From the NCBI GenBank assembly GCA_046759305.1, contig JBHIBY010000001.1, forward strand, positions 4,339 to 68,338: a stretch of DNA of 64,000 nt, read 5' to 3'. Positions 38,042 to 47,170 of the stretch are shown in pieces; the stretch's first letter is position 1; each line of letters starts with the position of its first letter. Below the pieces are notes generated by a model that saw only the letters and a list, made by a program, of their open reading frames with translations, did not search any database and was not told where the DNA came from. Made by a program: the position numbers and the translations under genes. This DNA is from Anaerolineales bacterium. Lineage in GTDB: Bacteria; Chloroflexota; Anaerolineae; Anaerolineales; E44-bin32.

Positions 38042-39238
38042 ATGTGGGATTTACTCGCTTTCGCACAATATGGAATGCTTATGCCTGATTGGCGCGCAGA
38101 GATCCTAAACCCCCAAGGAAGCAAGCTCGATTCATTCCCAGTTAGGTCTCTCGGTCGGCTCACATTACTGGCTCTGCTCGGCTTCTGGATCGCAGCCTCT
38201 AGATCAGCAGAGGCATATAACCCAAAGAATATCCATCAGCAATCTAATCCGATCGCGAGCGAGGTTTTAATCAGTACTCATGGGGAAGGCGCGCCGAGTC
38301 CGCAGAATGCCATAAATGGGCACAATGGCCCCATCACAGACCTTATTTTCTCCCCAGACGGCTCGCTGATAGCAACCGCATCCCAAGACGGAAGCATCCG
38401 AATCTGGGATGCCACGGACGGATCACCGCTCCGAACGTTTACTGACCACCGAGGTGGGGTTAACTCGATTGCATTCTCGCCAAACGGTCAGTTGATGGTC
38501 TCCGGATCGGATGACCGAACTGCAATGCTGTGGAGCGTCGCGGACGGTTCATTGCAGCGGATACTCAATCCCCTGATGGAAAGCAGAGTGGTAAAGGTGG
38601 AATTCTCACCGGACGGCTCCTTGGTAGCTATCGGAGGTAATCGATGTGTTGTGGAGTTACGCCGTGTACCGACCGGAATTCTGAGCCGCACGATCGTACC
38701 TTTAGGTTGTGCGCCGGGGAATTCCGGAGGTTCGGTCGATTTCTGGGGTCTAGTATTTAATTCCGATGGGAGCCGTGTGTTGACCGGGGATGGGCGTCCA
38801 TGCTGTGGTGGTGGCATCCTGCAATGGACGGAGAGCGGGGAGTACAACCCACCAGAAGTCCTAAATACCGGTAATGTCGTTGTCCGCGATATGGCCTTGT
38901 CACCGGACGGATCCGAGATCGCCTTGGCATTGGTCGGTCTCTCCGACTTCTGGCTGCTGGATGCAGCAACTGGCGTGCCGAAGGCAGTTCTCTCCGACCA
39001 CGTTTTTCGAGTTAACGATGTGGAGTATTCGCCCGATGGGTCGCTGCTGGCTTCTGCTTCGAATGATACTGGAATCGGGCTTTGGCGAGCATCGGATGGC
39101 GCCTTGCTTCTAATGCTTCATGAACATCGCATGCAAGCCACTTCCGTCGCCTTCTCCCCAGATGGGCTCCACCTTGCGACGGGATCGCAAGATGGGGAAA
39201 TTCATATCTGGAACATCGAGGATGTGCTTGGACAGTAA
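38042..39238 (+). CDS. WD40-repeat protein with N-terminal membrane anchor/signal
   Basis: Hydrophobic segment LTLLALLGFWIAA, then about 7 repeats of the type FSPDGSLxAxxSxDGxIRIWD. Confidence 0.8.
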   Translation: MWDLLAFAQYGMLMPDWRAEILNPQGSKLDSFPVRSLGRLTLLALLGFWIAASRSAEAYNPKNIHQQSNPIASEVLISTHGEGAPSPQNAINGHNGPITDLIFSPDGSLIATASQDGSIRIWDATDGSPLRTFTDHRGGVNSIAFSPNGQLMVSGSDDRTAMLWSVADGSLQRILNPLMESRVVKVEFSPDGSLVAIGGNRCVVELRRVPTGILSRTIVPLGCAPGNSGGSVDFWGLVFNSDGSRVLTGDGRPCCGGGILQWTESGEYNPPEVLNTGNVVVRDMALSPDGSEIALALVGLSDFWLLDAATGVPKAVLSDHVFRVNDVEYSPDGSLLASASNDTGIGLWRASDGALLLMLHEHRMQATSVAFSPDGLHLATGSQDGEIHIWNIEDVLGQ

Positions 39239-39281
39239 CCGAATATTTTAAGTCTGACATAGCCGCCTCGCATCAAAACAC

Positions 39282-39503
39282 ATGGGACGCGATCTACGAC
39301 GCTACAGCCGCCAGACTTACATCAACCTTTTCGTGGGGTTCATCTTCCTGCTACTGTTGGGAGGGGGCGGTCTTGTGCACTTGATCTACGGATCGAGCGC
39401 TGCGTCCACTGCGGTACTGTGTTTGCTCATCGGGCTCGCGCCGCTAGTCTTGATCGGGCTAGCCCTGTTGAGCATCCAGTGGCTCGCGAATAGAATTGAG
39501 TGA
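39282..39503 (+). CDS. Small two-helix membrane protein
   Basis: 73-aa ORF with two hydrophobic helices. It overlaps the next ORF by 8 nt. Confidence 0.35.
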   Translation: MGRDLRRYSRQTYINLFVGFIFLLLLGGGGLVHLIYGSSAASTAVLCLLIGLAPLVLIGLALLSIQWLANRIE

Positions 39504-39891
39504 AACAATTCGAGAAAACACCTTCCAGCTCACCTCACTTGCTCGCCGCAAGCCAGACCACCTAGTTTCGATTCCCTCGCTACCGGCCATCCGAGCTCAA
39601 TTCCCCAACGTCGAAAACATCGACTTTTGGGTGCGATTCGTCTTAACGCTCCCTCCGCTGTTGATCGCGCTCTCGGCTCCGCTTTCAGGCTACATTGTAG
39701 CTACGATCGGTCGCAAGATTGTGCTCATTACTGCTACGGTCATGGCAGGACTGATCGTAAGTCAACCCGTGATCAGTTCTATTGCTGCTGCAAATACATT
39801 CCTCATCGCTGGCGTGATCCTTTTGGCTTTCGTTCCCTTCATCTTCGTGGGGCGTGGTCGACTGCGGTCGATCGGCACCCAGACTGCTTAG
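39496..39891 (+). CDS. MFS-transporter-like fragment (about 3 helices only; likely truncated or degenerate)
   Basis: Contains the MFS loop 2-3 signature context (LSAPLSGYIVATIGRKIVL) but is only 131 aa, against about 400 aa for a functional MFS protein. Confidence 0.4.
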   Translation: MSETIRENTFQLTSLARRKPDHLVSIPSLPAIRAQFPNVENIDFWVRFVLTLPPLLIALSAPLSGYIVATIGRKIVLITATVMAGLIVSQPVISSIAAANTFLIAGVILLAFVPFIFVGRGRLRSIGTQTA

Positions 39892-39946
39892 ATACCAACC
39901 CTCTCTTTAGACTCAAGAGCTGTGTGTTCGAAAACCTCGGAAGAAG

Positions 39947-40711
39947 CTAGAAAGCCAGGTTCTCTCCGTCAGCCGGGATGTAGACCCGATCGGATAGTCC
40001 GGCCTGCTCGATTGCTTGCGCTAGCGCGGCTCGAGTCAGAACGCAGTGGTTGATGGTTTCCATGTGCACCGCCACAATACGGCTCTGCGGTGCGGCCCGG
40101 GCCACCTTGATAACGTCCTTAGCGTCCATCGTAATCGGATCGCTGTCCAAGAACTGTGCCGCTCCAGCATTCAGCACGATCACATCCGGCTGATGCATCT
40201 TGAGCGCGGATTCGATTTCCGGGCACCATACCGTGTCGCCGGCAATGTACAGGGACAGCTCACCCCGCGACTTGATTACGAAGCCGGATACCGGGCCAAT
40301 TCGCGCGGCGACCTCCCCCGTTCCATGTCTTCCACCCGTTAGCGATATGTTCAGTCCCTCCCATTCGATGCTGGTCTCACCAGGAAGAACCTGAGCAAAC
40401 CCATCCTGATGGATACTATCGACGTCGTTGGGTTGACAGAAGACCTGTATGCCTTTATTCAACTGCTCTTTCGCCGGGTCATCCCAATGATCAGCATGAA
40501 TATGAGTCACAAACACTGCTGCCAACGCGTCTAAGGTGTCTTCAAGTTCATCTTGGCTTATCGGTAGCTCTACCATCGGATTCCGTTTGGGATTGGCGGA
40601 ATTGTTGACAGGATCCCAGGCCTCCGCAGGGCTGAGCATCGGATCCACCAGATAACTCGAGGCCCCTAATTCAACGAGCAACGTTGCATGTCGAATTAAC
40701 TCAACTCTCAC
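39947..40711 (-). CDS. MBL-fold metallo-hydrolase
   Basis: Has HxHxDH (THIHADHW). GTG start. Confidence 0.85.
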   Translation of the reverse strand: MRVELIRHATLLVELGASSYLVDPMLSPAEAWDPVNNSANPKRNPMVELPISQDELEDTLDALAAVFVTHIHADHWDDPAKEQLNKGIQVFCQPNDVDSIHQDGFAQVLPGETSIEWEGLNISLTGGRHGTGEVAARIGPVSGFVIKSRGELSLYIAGDTVWCPEIESALKMHQPDVIVLNAGAAQFLDSDPITMDAKDVIKVARAAPQSRIVAVHMETINHCVLTRAALAQAIEQAGLSDRVYIPADGENLAF

Positions 40712-40827
40712 TTCAGCGTAGCCTCCAGATCGCGGGTACTCATTGTACAGACAGATTACACCGAGAATCGAAAAAGGCGTCAGCCGTGGCGCCTTCCGGT
40801 AATTGATTTCGTTGATAGGCCTGTATC

Positions 40828-41403
40828 TTAAAGGGCTACCTGCTCCGTCAGCACCAAAATAAGCAGGCTGAGTAGCACGCGTGTCTCCTCTGACTGATCC
40901 ATATCCGATTGTTTCTCGATCCTGAAGAGGCTCTCAAATAGCTTTGGTTGTTTTTCAATCCGGACTAGAGTCGCTCCATCTTCTACTCGGACAAGGTACA
41001 CCAGCCGGGGGATCACTGCCCCTACGAGGGGAATCTCTCCCATAATCGCGTCCATGAACTTGGCAACCGAATTTTCCTCGCATATTTGCAGGTTCGGAGG
41101 ATCTCCGTTCATGATCTCGAACCGAGTGTGCCATAGCGATCGTTCACCGTCGCGACGTACAGATCCCAGTAGCTGTCCTTTGTCATCTGAGAAATGGTAT
41201 TGAGCAGAAAAGTCCAAGATCCAATCTGTGCTGATTGTGTAGCGTGGCGTGGTGCGCTCCACATCGGCGTATACAAATACCTTAAAGTCATTCTCGGATG
41301 CTGGGTGATTCATGATGAAAACTAGATTACCGTCAGCGTCTGCGACGGAGACTTGTGGATCTCGTTCATTGGTCTTGTACCTGAGTTCGAGGGGATACTG
41401 CAT
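40828..41403 (-). CDS. Hypothetical protein (possible tubby/scramblase-like beta-barrel with C-terminal hydrophobic helix)
   Basis: The ATG at 41403 is preceded by GGAGG-N5. The protein is beta-rich with a terminal helix RVLLSLLILVL. The fold suggestion is weak. Confidence 0.5.
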   Translation of the reverse strand: MQYPLELRYKTNERDPQVSVADADGNLVFIMNHPASENDFKVFVYADVERTTPRYTISTDWILDFSAQYHFSDDKGQLLGSVRRDGERSLWHTRFEIMNGDPPNLQICEENSVAKFMDAIMGEIPLVGAVIPRLVYLVRVEDGATLVRIEKQPKLFESLFRIEKQSDMDQSEETRVLLSLLILVLTEQVAL

Positions 41404-41516
41404 TGATACCTCCACAACAAGCGCATTGTTTCACTCGCCTTGCTACCGCTCAATAGCAATCTTTTCCCCCCGCGCTCGATTATGATTGTCTGGTTTGATG
41501 GTTGAAGGCTCAATTC

Positions 41517-42428
41517 ATGAATGTGCAGAATGCACTTCTTTACGCGCTTACCTCATTGATCTGGGGCTCGACTTGGTTAGCTATCACATTCCAGCTAGGA
41601 ACCGTCGATCCTGAGATCTCCATCGTTTATCGATTCGCGTTAGCTTCGGGCATCCTGGTCGCGTATTGCCTGATCCGTCGCCTTCGTATGCGATTCAGCC
41701 TCCGCGAGCATGGCTTCATGGCACTCCAAGGGCTGACTCTTTTTTCGATCAACTACATTCTTGTTTATGTGGCCGAGCTGTATCTGGCCAGCGGCTATGT
41801 GGCGATCGTATTCTCGGTCATCGTTGTCTTAAACGTATTCTTCGGTGCAATCTTCCTGAAGGCTCCGATCCGCGCCCGAGTTCTGCTTGGTGCAGCAATC
41901 GGAATCGTCGGACTGATCATGGTCTTTTTGCCAACCCTGGGTGGTCTAAACCTATCCAGCGGCCAGGGGTTGGGGTTGGCGCTTGCGCTGATAGCCACGG
42001 TGGTCGCCTCCCTGGGTAACATGGTGTCGGCTCGCAACCAGCGGCATGAGATTCCTGTTGTTCAGGCTAACGCCTATGGGATGGGGTACGGCGCACTCAT
42101 CACACTCGTCATCGCTGTATTTCGTGGATCGCAGGTGAGCTTTGACGCAAGCCCTGAGTATGTTCTGTCGCTGTTCTATTTGGCAGTATTCGGAACAGTA
42201 ATTGCCTTTGGCAGCTATCTTACAATCCTCGGCCGGATTGGTCCCGATAGAGCGGGCTACATCGCGATCATCTTCCCGATTGTCGCATTGATATTTTCGA
42301 CACTGTTTGAGGGTCTGACGTGGGAGCTCATTACCATCCTGGGAGTAGTGCTGGTGGCTGTGGGGAATGTTATCGCTTTGACGCGAACTCGGCGAGCGCG
42401 CAAGCAAAAACTCCCTTCTACCGCGTAA
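41517..42428 (+). CDS. EamA/DMT-family transporter
   Basis: Ten hydrophobic helices with internal duplication, and the typical LIWGSTW start. Confidence 0.85.
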   Translation: MNVQNALLYALTSLIWGSTWLAITFQLGTVDPEISIVYRFALASGILVAYCLIRRLRMRFSLREHGFMALQGLTLFSINYILVYVAELYLASGYVAIVFSVIVVLNVFFGAIFLKAPIRARVLLGAAIGIVGLIMVFLPTLGGLNLSSGQGLGLALALIATVVASLGNMVSARNQRHEIPVVQANAYGMGYGALITLVIAVFRGSQVSFDASPEYVLSLFYLAVFGTVIAFGSYLTILGRIGPDRAGYIAIIFPIVALIFSTLFEGLTWELITILGVVLVAVGNVIALTRTRRARKQKLPSTA

Positions 42429-42444
42429 TGCTTAACGGTCCAAT

Positions 42445-43137
42445 CTAACCTTCCAATCCGCCTTCGCTCTCGAGCTCGCACTTGAGTGCCTTAAGCTGGC
42501 GCTCAATAGCCGGAGTGTGCGTGAGATCCATTGGGGCTTGACTCTCCATCGTGGTCTCAAGCATACCCTCCGCTACCAGCCGATCGATGGCATATGCCTT
42601 TGCTTGCATGCGCGTCGTCCGCTCCTGGGTTATATCTAGCGATTTCCCTAGATCCGCCAATTCATCTGACAGACCTGAAAGCGCCTCCTGGATCCGTACC
42701 TGCGCCTCCGCTGCGCTGTAGCGGGCCGCGATGACTTCCTGCCGCGCATAGAAGGCTTCGATCCGGCTGGAAAGCCGGCTTTCGACCAGTGCTAGGCGAC
42801 GTTCCTCCAACCCAACTTCTTCTAGCTGTGCCTTGATATTTTCGAGCTCGGATTCAGCTACCGCTCGCCGCTCCAGGGCGTTTCTCGCCAAATCCTCTCG
42901 TCCGCGACTGATCGAGCGCCGAGCCTGGTCCTGCAGAAGCGGAAGCTTCGCGGCCAACCCCTCGGCAACGTTCGCAAGTCTGGCTTCTGTATCCTGGATC
43001 TCTTTCAGTGCCAGCTGAACGCGGGTCAGCATATTTCGCTGCCGCTCGTAGGAGTAAGCAAAGGTCTGGCGAGGGTCCTCCGCAGGTTGGAAGAGCTCCC
43101 TCAGCCAGCCTTTTAAGATCCGAAAAACCAATCCCAA
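42445..43137 (-). CDS. PspA/IM30 (Vipp1/LiaH)-family protein, copy 2
   Basis: TTG start. N-terminal amphipathic MGLVFRILKGWLRELFQPAEDPRQ. Long coiled coil with GREDLAR and ARYSAAEAQVR. Confidence 0.85.
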   Translation of the reverse strand: MGLVFRILKGWLRELFQPAEDPRQTFAYSYERQRNMLTRVQLALKEIQDTEARLANVAEGLAAKLPLLQDQARRSISRGREDLARNALERRAVAESELENIKAQLEEVGLEERRLALVESRLSSRIEAFYARQEVIAARYSAAEAQVRIQEALSGLSDELADLGKSLDITQERTTRMQAKAYAIDRLVAEGMLETTMESQAPMDLTHTPAIERQLKALKCELESEGGLEG

Positions 43138-43141
43138 GAAT

Positions 43142-43729
43142 CTACTCTCCTACTGTAGCTTGAGACCGTGCCAGCCTACGGCGCTGGCGTTGGATACGCC
43201 AGTAGTAAGTGCCCAATCCACCCATTGCCGCGAGTGTGATAAGCCGCGTGATCAGCAGTTCGAAATCGTGGGCGTTCAGGAAGATGCCTGGATCAGACAC
43301 GAAAGTTGCTCCCACGTACGAAAGTAAGGCTAGAGCTGTGTAGAACAGCGTGAAACCCGGCGAAAATACGAAAGCAAACGCTGCCAGTACAGGATAGTAG
43401 AAGATGAAGAACGGGCTATCCAGGCCAGTTTGCCCTCGCCAGGCGAGCACGATCATCGTGATGATGGCCAGATCTATCAGACTGACTGCTGCAGTGAGCA
43501 TTCGATTGATGGGTTTCTGCATCAGATACCGACCGTGAACGAAGAAATTGACCGCCATGAGCGCCACGATGAGCAGGCTAGCTATGGTGAGCTCGCTGAT
43601 GGATTTCGCCGCCCACAGAGCCAGGATCGCCCCAGTCAGGATCACGAACCATCGCGCCCAGATGATCACCACTTGACCAAAGAAGATATCCTCGGCCGCT
43701 TCTTGTTGGGGACTTCGTAATTCCTTCAT
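43142..43729 (-). CDS. Six-helix integral membrane protein, paralog B (unknown family)
   Basis: The ATG at 43729 is preceded by AAGGAG-N6 (the track's TTG at 43759 is also possible). Six hydrophobic segments and a basic tail YYWRIQRQRRR. Confidence 0.6.
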   Translation of the reverse strand: MKELRSPQQEAAEDIFFGQVVIIWARWFVILTGAILALWAAKSISELTIASLLIVALMAVNFFVHGRYLMQKPINRMLTAAVSLIDLAIITMIVLAWRGQTGLDSPFFIFYYPVLAAFAFVFSPGFTLFYTALALLSYVGATFVSDPGIFLNAHDFELLITRLITLAAMGGLGTYYWRIQRQRRRLARSQATVGE

Positions 43730-43755
43730 TTCATTCTCCTTTGCACTAGGTTGCG

Positions 43756-44358
43756 TCAATCGCCAGCGGCCTTTGCTTCTCTCAGCTGAGCAATCAGCCG
43801 CTTGCGGGCTTTGACGGCGGCGCCACGGCGATCCCGCTCAATTCGCCAGTAGATCTGGCCGCACACTGCAACCGCAGTCATCATGATGAGCCGCGCAATC
43901 AGAACCTGGAAATCGATATCGCCAAACAGCGCCGATCCCAGTGAAATGAAAGCGTAGAAGCTAGCTGCGCCTCCCGCAAAGAGCAGGGTCGCCGCTGGTG
44001 AAAAGGCCACCGACAGAGCGAGCATCGCGGGGAAGTAGAACACGTATATGTTCGATTCGAAGCCTCCGCCGAGAATGATCATCACGCTGACTACCACCAG
44101 ATCTGCGGCGCTCGCGAAGTAGACCACCCCGCTGTTGGCCGGTTTCCTCATAAGAAGCTGAGCCTGTAGGTAGAAATTGGCGACCGCGAGCAGCAGGATG
44201 AAGAGAATCTGTATCCGGAGCTCGCTCATCGGTCCAGGATTCCACAGGGCCAGAAATAGCCCGGAAATTACCAGGATCCAGCGCGCGGACACAATCACGG
44301 ATTGTCCATACATCAGGTCTTCCGGATCTTGTGCTGCAATTCGTAGTCTTCCCGTCAT
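43756..44358 (-). CDS. Six-helix integral membrane protein, paralog A (unknown family)
   Basis: Six hydrophobic segments and a basic tail YWRIERDRRGAAVKARKR. It shares ARW, SEL and LMxKP landmarks with paralog B. Confidence 0.6.
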   Translation of the reverse strand: MTGRLRIAAQDPEDLMYGQSVIVSARWILVISGLFLALWNPGPMSELRIQILFILLLAVANFYLQAQLLMRKPANSGVVYFASAADLVVVSVMIILGGGFESNIYVFYFPAMLALSVAFSPAATLLFAGGAASFYAFISLGSALFGDIDFQVLIARLIMMTAVAVCGQIYWRIERDRRGAAVKARKRLIAQLREAKAAGD

Positions 44359-44370
44359 TTTCCCTATCTC

Positions 44371-45096
44371 CTATTCTGAGCTTTCAGGGCGCGGCAGCAT
44401 GTTCAGGTCTTTCCTGAGCTCGTCCAGCTCTTGCTCCACCGCCTGGTGATGAGTCAGCCGCCTGAGCTCGTTCCCCACTGGGTCACGCGTGTCAAGCGGC
44501 AGCCCACCAAGTGAGCCGCTGTCAATCAACGCATCCAATGCACCGGCACGCGCCGTCATCAGCCGCGTTTTCTCCTCTGCCCGACCGAGAGCACGACTGA
44601 GGTCAGCCAGGTCGCCGGAGATCCCGGTCAGCGCTTCGTTGACTCTTACCTGGGCTTCAGCCGCGGTGTAGCGGGCAGAAGCAGCCTCTTTGCGAGTACG
44701 AAAATCATCCATTCGGGATGAAAGCTGGCGTTCAGCAAGCGCCAACTTCTGTTCTTCGTGCTCCGCGCCCGCCAGCTGTCGCTGAAGCGAATCGATTTCT
44801 ACCAGCGCGGTTTGCTTGCGCTGCAAGGCCAAGCGCGCCAGGTCTTCGCGTCCAGCGGTGAGCGCCTGCTCGGCCTGTGCCTCGGTTTTGGGAATGCGCG
44901 CTTGCAGCAGGTCGACCTGCTGCTCAAGCTGTCGTTTGGAAGTCGCCACTTCAACCAGCCCCTGCCTGACCTGCCGCAGGATGACATGCTGCTGTTCGTA
45001 GGCGTAGTCAAAGACCTGGCGAGGGTCTTCCAGCCGATCCAGCGAGGCGCTCGTCTTTATCCTGAACAGCATACGAATTCTTGACCATAAACTCAT
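44371..45096 (-). CDS. PspA/IM30 (Vipp1/LiaH)-family protein, copy 1
   Basis: MSLWSRIRMLFRIKTSASLDRLEDPRQ, GREDLAR, ARYTAAEAQVR. SD AAAGGA upstream. Confidence 0.85.
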   Translation of the reverse strand: MSLWSRIRMLFRIKTSASLDRLEDPRQVFDYAYEQQHVILRQVRQGLVEVATSKRQLEQQVDLLQARIPKTEAQAEQALTAGREDLARLALQRKQTALVEIDSLQRQLAGAEHEEQKLALAERQLSSRMDDFRTRKEAASARYTAAEAQVRVNEALTGISGDLADLSRALGRAEEKTRLMTARAGALDALIDSGSLGGLPLDTRDPVGNELRRLTHHQAVEQELDELRKDLNMLPRPESSE

Positions 45097-45117
45097 GAGG
45101 TAATCCTTTCTGCTAGG

Positions 45118-45132
45118 TTCACTGACAGTGAA
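45118..45132. promoter_or_regulatory. Perfect 15-bp palindrome TTCACTG-A-CAGTGAA in the leader of the PspA cassette (candidate operator)
   Basis: Read directly from the sequence. It lies 22-36 nt upstream of the first pspA-like ATG. Related TAGATTC(A/G) half-sites occur at 45209-45220 and 45243-45251. Confidence 0.35.
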
Positions 45133-45354
45133 TCTAGCCCTCGTGCGTTATGGGGTTGTCTGCTCTTGTGTCTATTTTTCGAGGGAGATTGGAACGCTTG
45201 AGGGGGAAGTCACGAATCTACAAAAACATTATCTGGGCTGATGGTGAATCCGCTATGCACGCCGCGAGCCTTTGGGTATGACGAAGATACCTGGGGGCAG
45301 CTAGCGAGATATAAAACGCAAGTAGGGAACCGCGGTCAGGAAAGTCGTCAAGAG

Positions 45355-45918
45355 CTACCTCGGAGTGGGCGCCTGCTCTTTCAGCCGCTCACTGTATTGC
45401 TTGCGGAACTTCTGTACCTTTGGCGCGATAACGGCTATGCAGTATCCCGCATCGGGATTCTTCTCGTAGTAGTCTTGATGATATTCCTCGGCCTCGTAGA
45501 AGGCGTCATAGGGCTCGATCTCTGTCACGATGGAATTCTGAAAGACCTCTTCGGTTTCCAGACGTTCGATCATAGCCATGGCTGCAGCCTCTTGCTCGGG
45601 ATTGTGGTGAAGAATCAGCGATCGGTATTGGGGTCCGACGTCCGCACCCTGGCGATTAGGCGTGGTCGGATCGTGAACGCTGAAGAACACACCTAAGATC
45701 TCGTTGTATGAGATCACGTTTGGATCGAACGTGATCTGCACCACCTCCGCATGTCCTGTATCGCCACGTCCTACTTCCTGGTAGGAAGGATTATCAACGG
45801 ATCCCCCTGCATAGCCTACGATGACATTATTAATTCCCTGCAGATCCTCAAACACCGGTTCGAGGCACCAAAAGCACCCGCCACCGAGAGTTGCCAATTC
45901 GAATCCACCTACGTTCAT
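45355..45918 (-). CDS. msrA: Peptide methionine-S-sulfoxide reductase
   Basis: Has the GGGCFWC active-site motif. Confidence 0.92.
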   Translation of the reverse strand: MNVGGFELATLGGGCFWCLEPVFEDLQGINNVIVGYAGGSVDNPSYQEVGRGDTGHAEVVQITFDPNVISYNEILGVFFSVHDPTTPNRQGADVGPQYRSLILHHNPEQEAAAMAMIERLETEEVFQNSIVTEIEPYDAFYEAEEYHQDYYEKNPDAGYCIAVIAPKVQKFRKQYSERLKEQAPTPR

Positions 45919-46136
45919 GACTGATTCCTCAACTTCTCAGGACTGCAATTCATAAGCTTGTGCCAACAACCTTAGTAATTGATTATGGACCGCATCTAGC
46001 GAAGTCAGCTTCACGGAATATCAAAATGGATTTGTACCAAATTCTGTCGTTTGTGTGATTCTCTCGTGCTGTATCGGGTCAGGGGACAGGTCACCTGGTT
46101 GAATACATGCTCGACACTTGAAAAGGTGATTCTAAC

Positions 46137-47012
46137 CTAGGGTGCTTCCGGAGGACGGAATCCAGGTAACGGTTCGCACCGATCCAGCCAGTTCTCAGGG
46201 ATTTCCGCGGTCAGAGCCACGATCCCACCCACGATGGCGCAGGTAGTATCTCGATCGCCCAGACCCGCCACCGTGGTCCAGAGGGCTTGCTCGAAGTCAA
46301 ATCCGTGGTGGGCTACCACCCAGAGACAGAAAGGAACTGTGTCAAAGGCTGCGATTTGAGCGCCGGTGCCAAGAACCGAAGCTGCACGGGCGTGTTCTTC
46401 AGGGCCGATTCGCATGGCTTCTTCCATGCCTGCTTTGGTCAGCCCGTCGGGAACGAAAGCCAACAGCGGTTCTAAATACTCCTTCCCCCGGAGTGCCTGC
46501 TTCATTGGCGCAAGAGAGGCAGCCGCAGCAACTGCCATCGCTCCAGCTTTCCCCTCAGGGTGCGCATGAGTCACTGCCGCGGATTTTTCTGCTTCCACAG
46601 ATGCGCGTTCCGGGTCGCCCCAGAAATACCCGCCGATCGGAGCCGCTCGCATCGCAGCCCCATTGCCGTAGGAACCACCATCAAACAGCGTCAGTGATTC
46701 CATGCGCCATTCGGCGCCATCGGAGTAGCTAGAAAGCAGCTTCATCGCACCCGCGCCGTAGCCTCGCCACGGCTCCTCACTGTAGCGATCGCTGAAGCGG
46801 CGTGCGAGCGAATCCTGTTCGATCTCCCCTTGGTCAAGCAGCTCCTCGACGATGGAAAAAGCCATGTGAGTGTCGTCAGTCCACTTCCAGCTACCTTTCG
46901 GGAGCTTGCGCGCCTCGATCTCCCCCCAAGATCGAGTGAAGAATTGTTCACCAAAACCGTCCCCAACGCTCAGGCCGGTGAGCGAGAGAATCGCCCGATC
47001 GCGGTCAGCCAT
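46137..47012 (-). CDS. ADP-ribosylglycohydrolase-family protein
   Basis: GDGFGE and WTDDTHM near the N-terminus, and a C-terminal GDRDTTCAIVGG metal-binding motif. Confidence 0.85.
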   Translation of the reverse strand: MADRDRAILSLTGLSVGDGFGEQFFTRSWGEIEARKLPKGSWKWTDDTHMAFSIVEELLDQGEIEQDSLARRFSDRYSEEPWRGYGAGAMKLLSSYSDGAEWRMESLTLFDGGSYGNGAAMRAAPIGGYFWGDPERASVEAEKSAAVTHAHPEGKAGAMAVAAAASLAPMKQALRGKEYLEPLLAFVPDGLTKAGMEEAMRIGPEEHARAASVLGTGAQIAAFDTVPFCLWVVAHHGFDFEQALWTTVAGLGDRDTTCAIVGGIVALTAEIPENWLDRCEPLPGFRPPEAP

Positions 47013-47109
47013 TAGACGCTATTCGTTGAAACCAAATAGAGATTGATAAGTCCATTTCATGCCTATCGAGGTTGCAGGATCCCTTGCGCATCATCTTACT
47101 CAGGGGTTT

Positions 47110-47144
47110 CAAAAGAGCAAAGCCCGGTAATGCGTCCGGGCTTT
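47110..47144 (-). terminator. Rho-independent terminator after the TfoX-like gene
   Basis: Minus strand: AAAGCCCGG-ACGCATTA-CCGGGCTTT followed by GCTCTTTTG. Confidence 0.7.
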
Positions 47145-47170
47145 GAGATAATCAGTGCGGCGGGGGAAAA

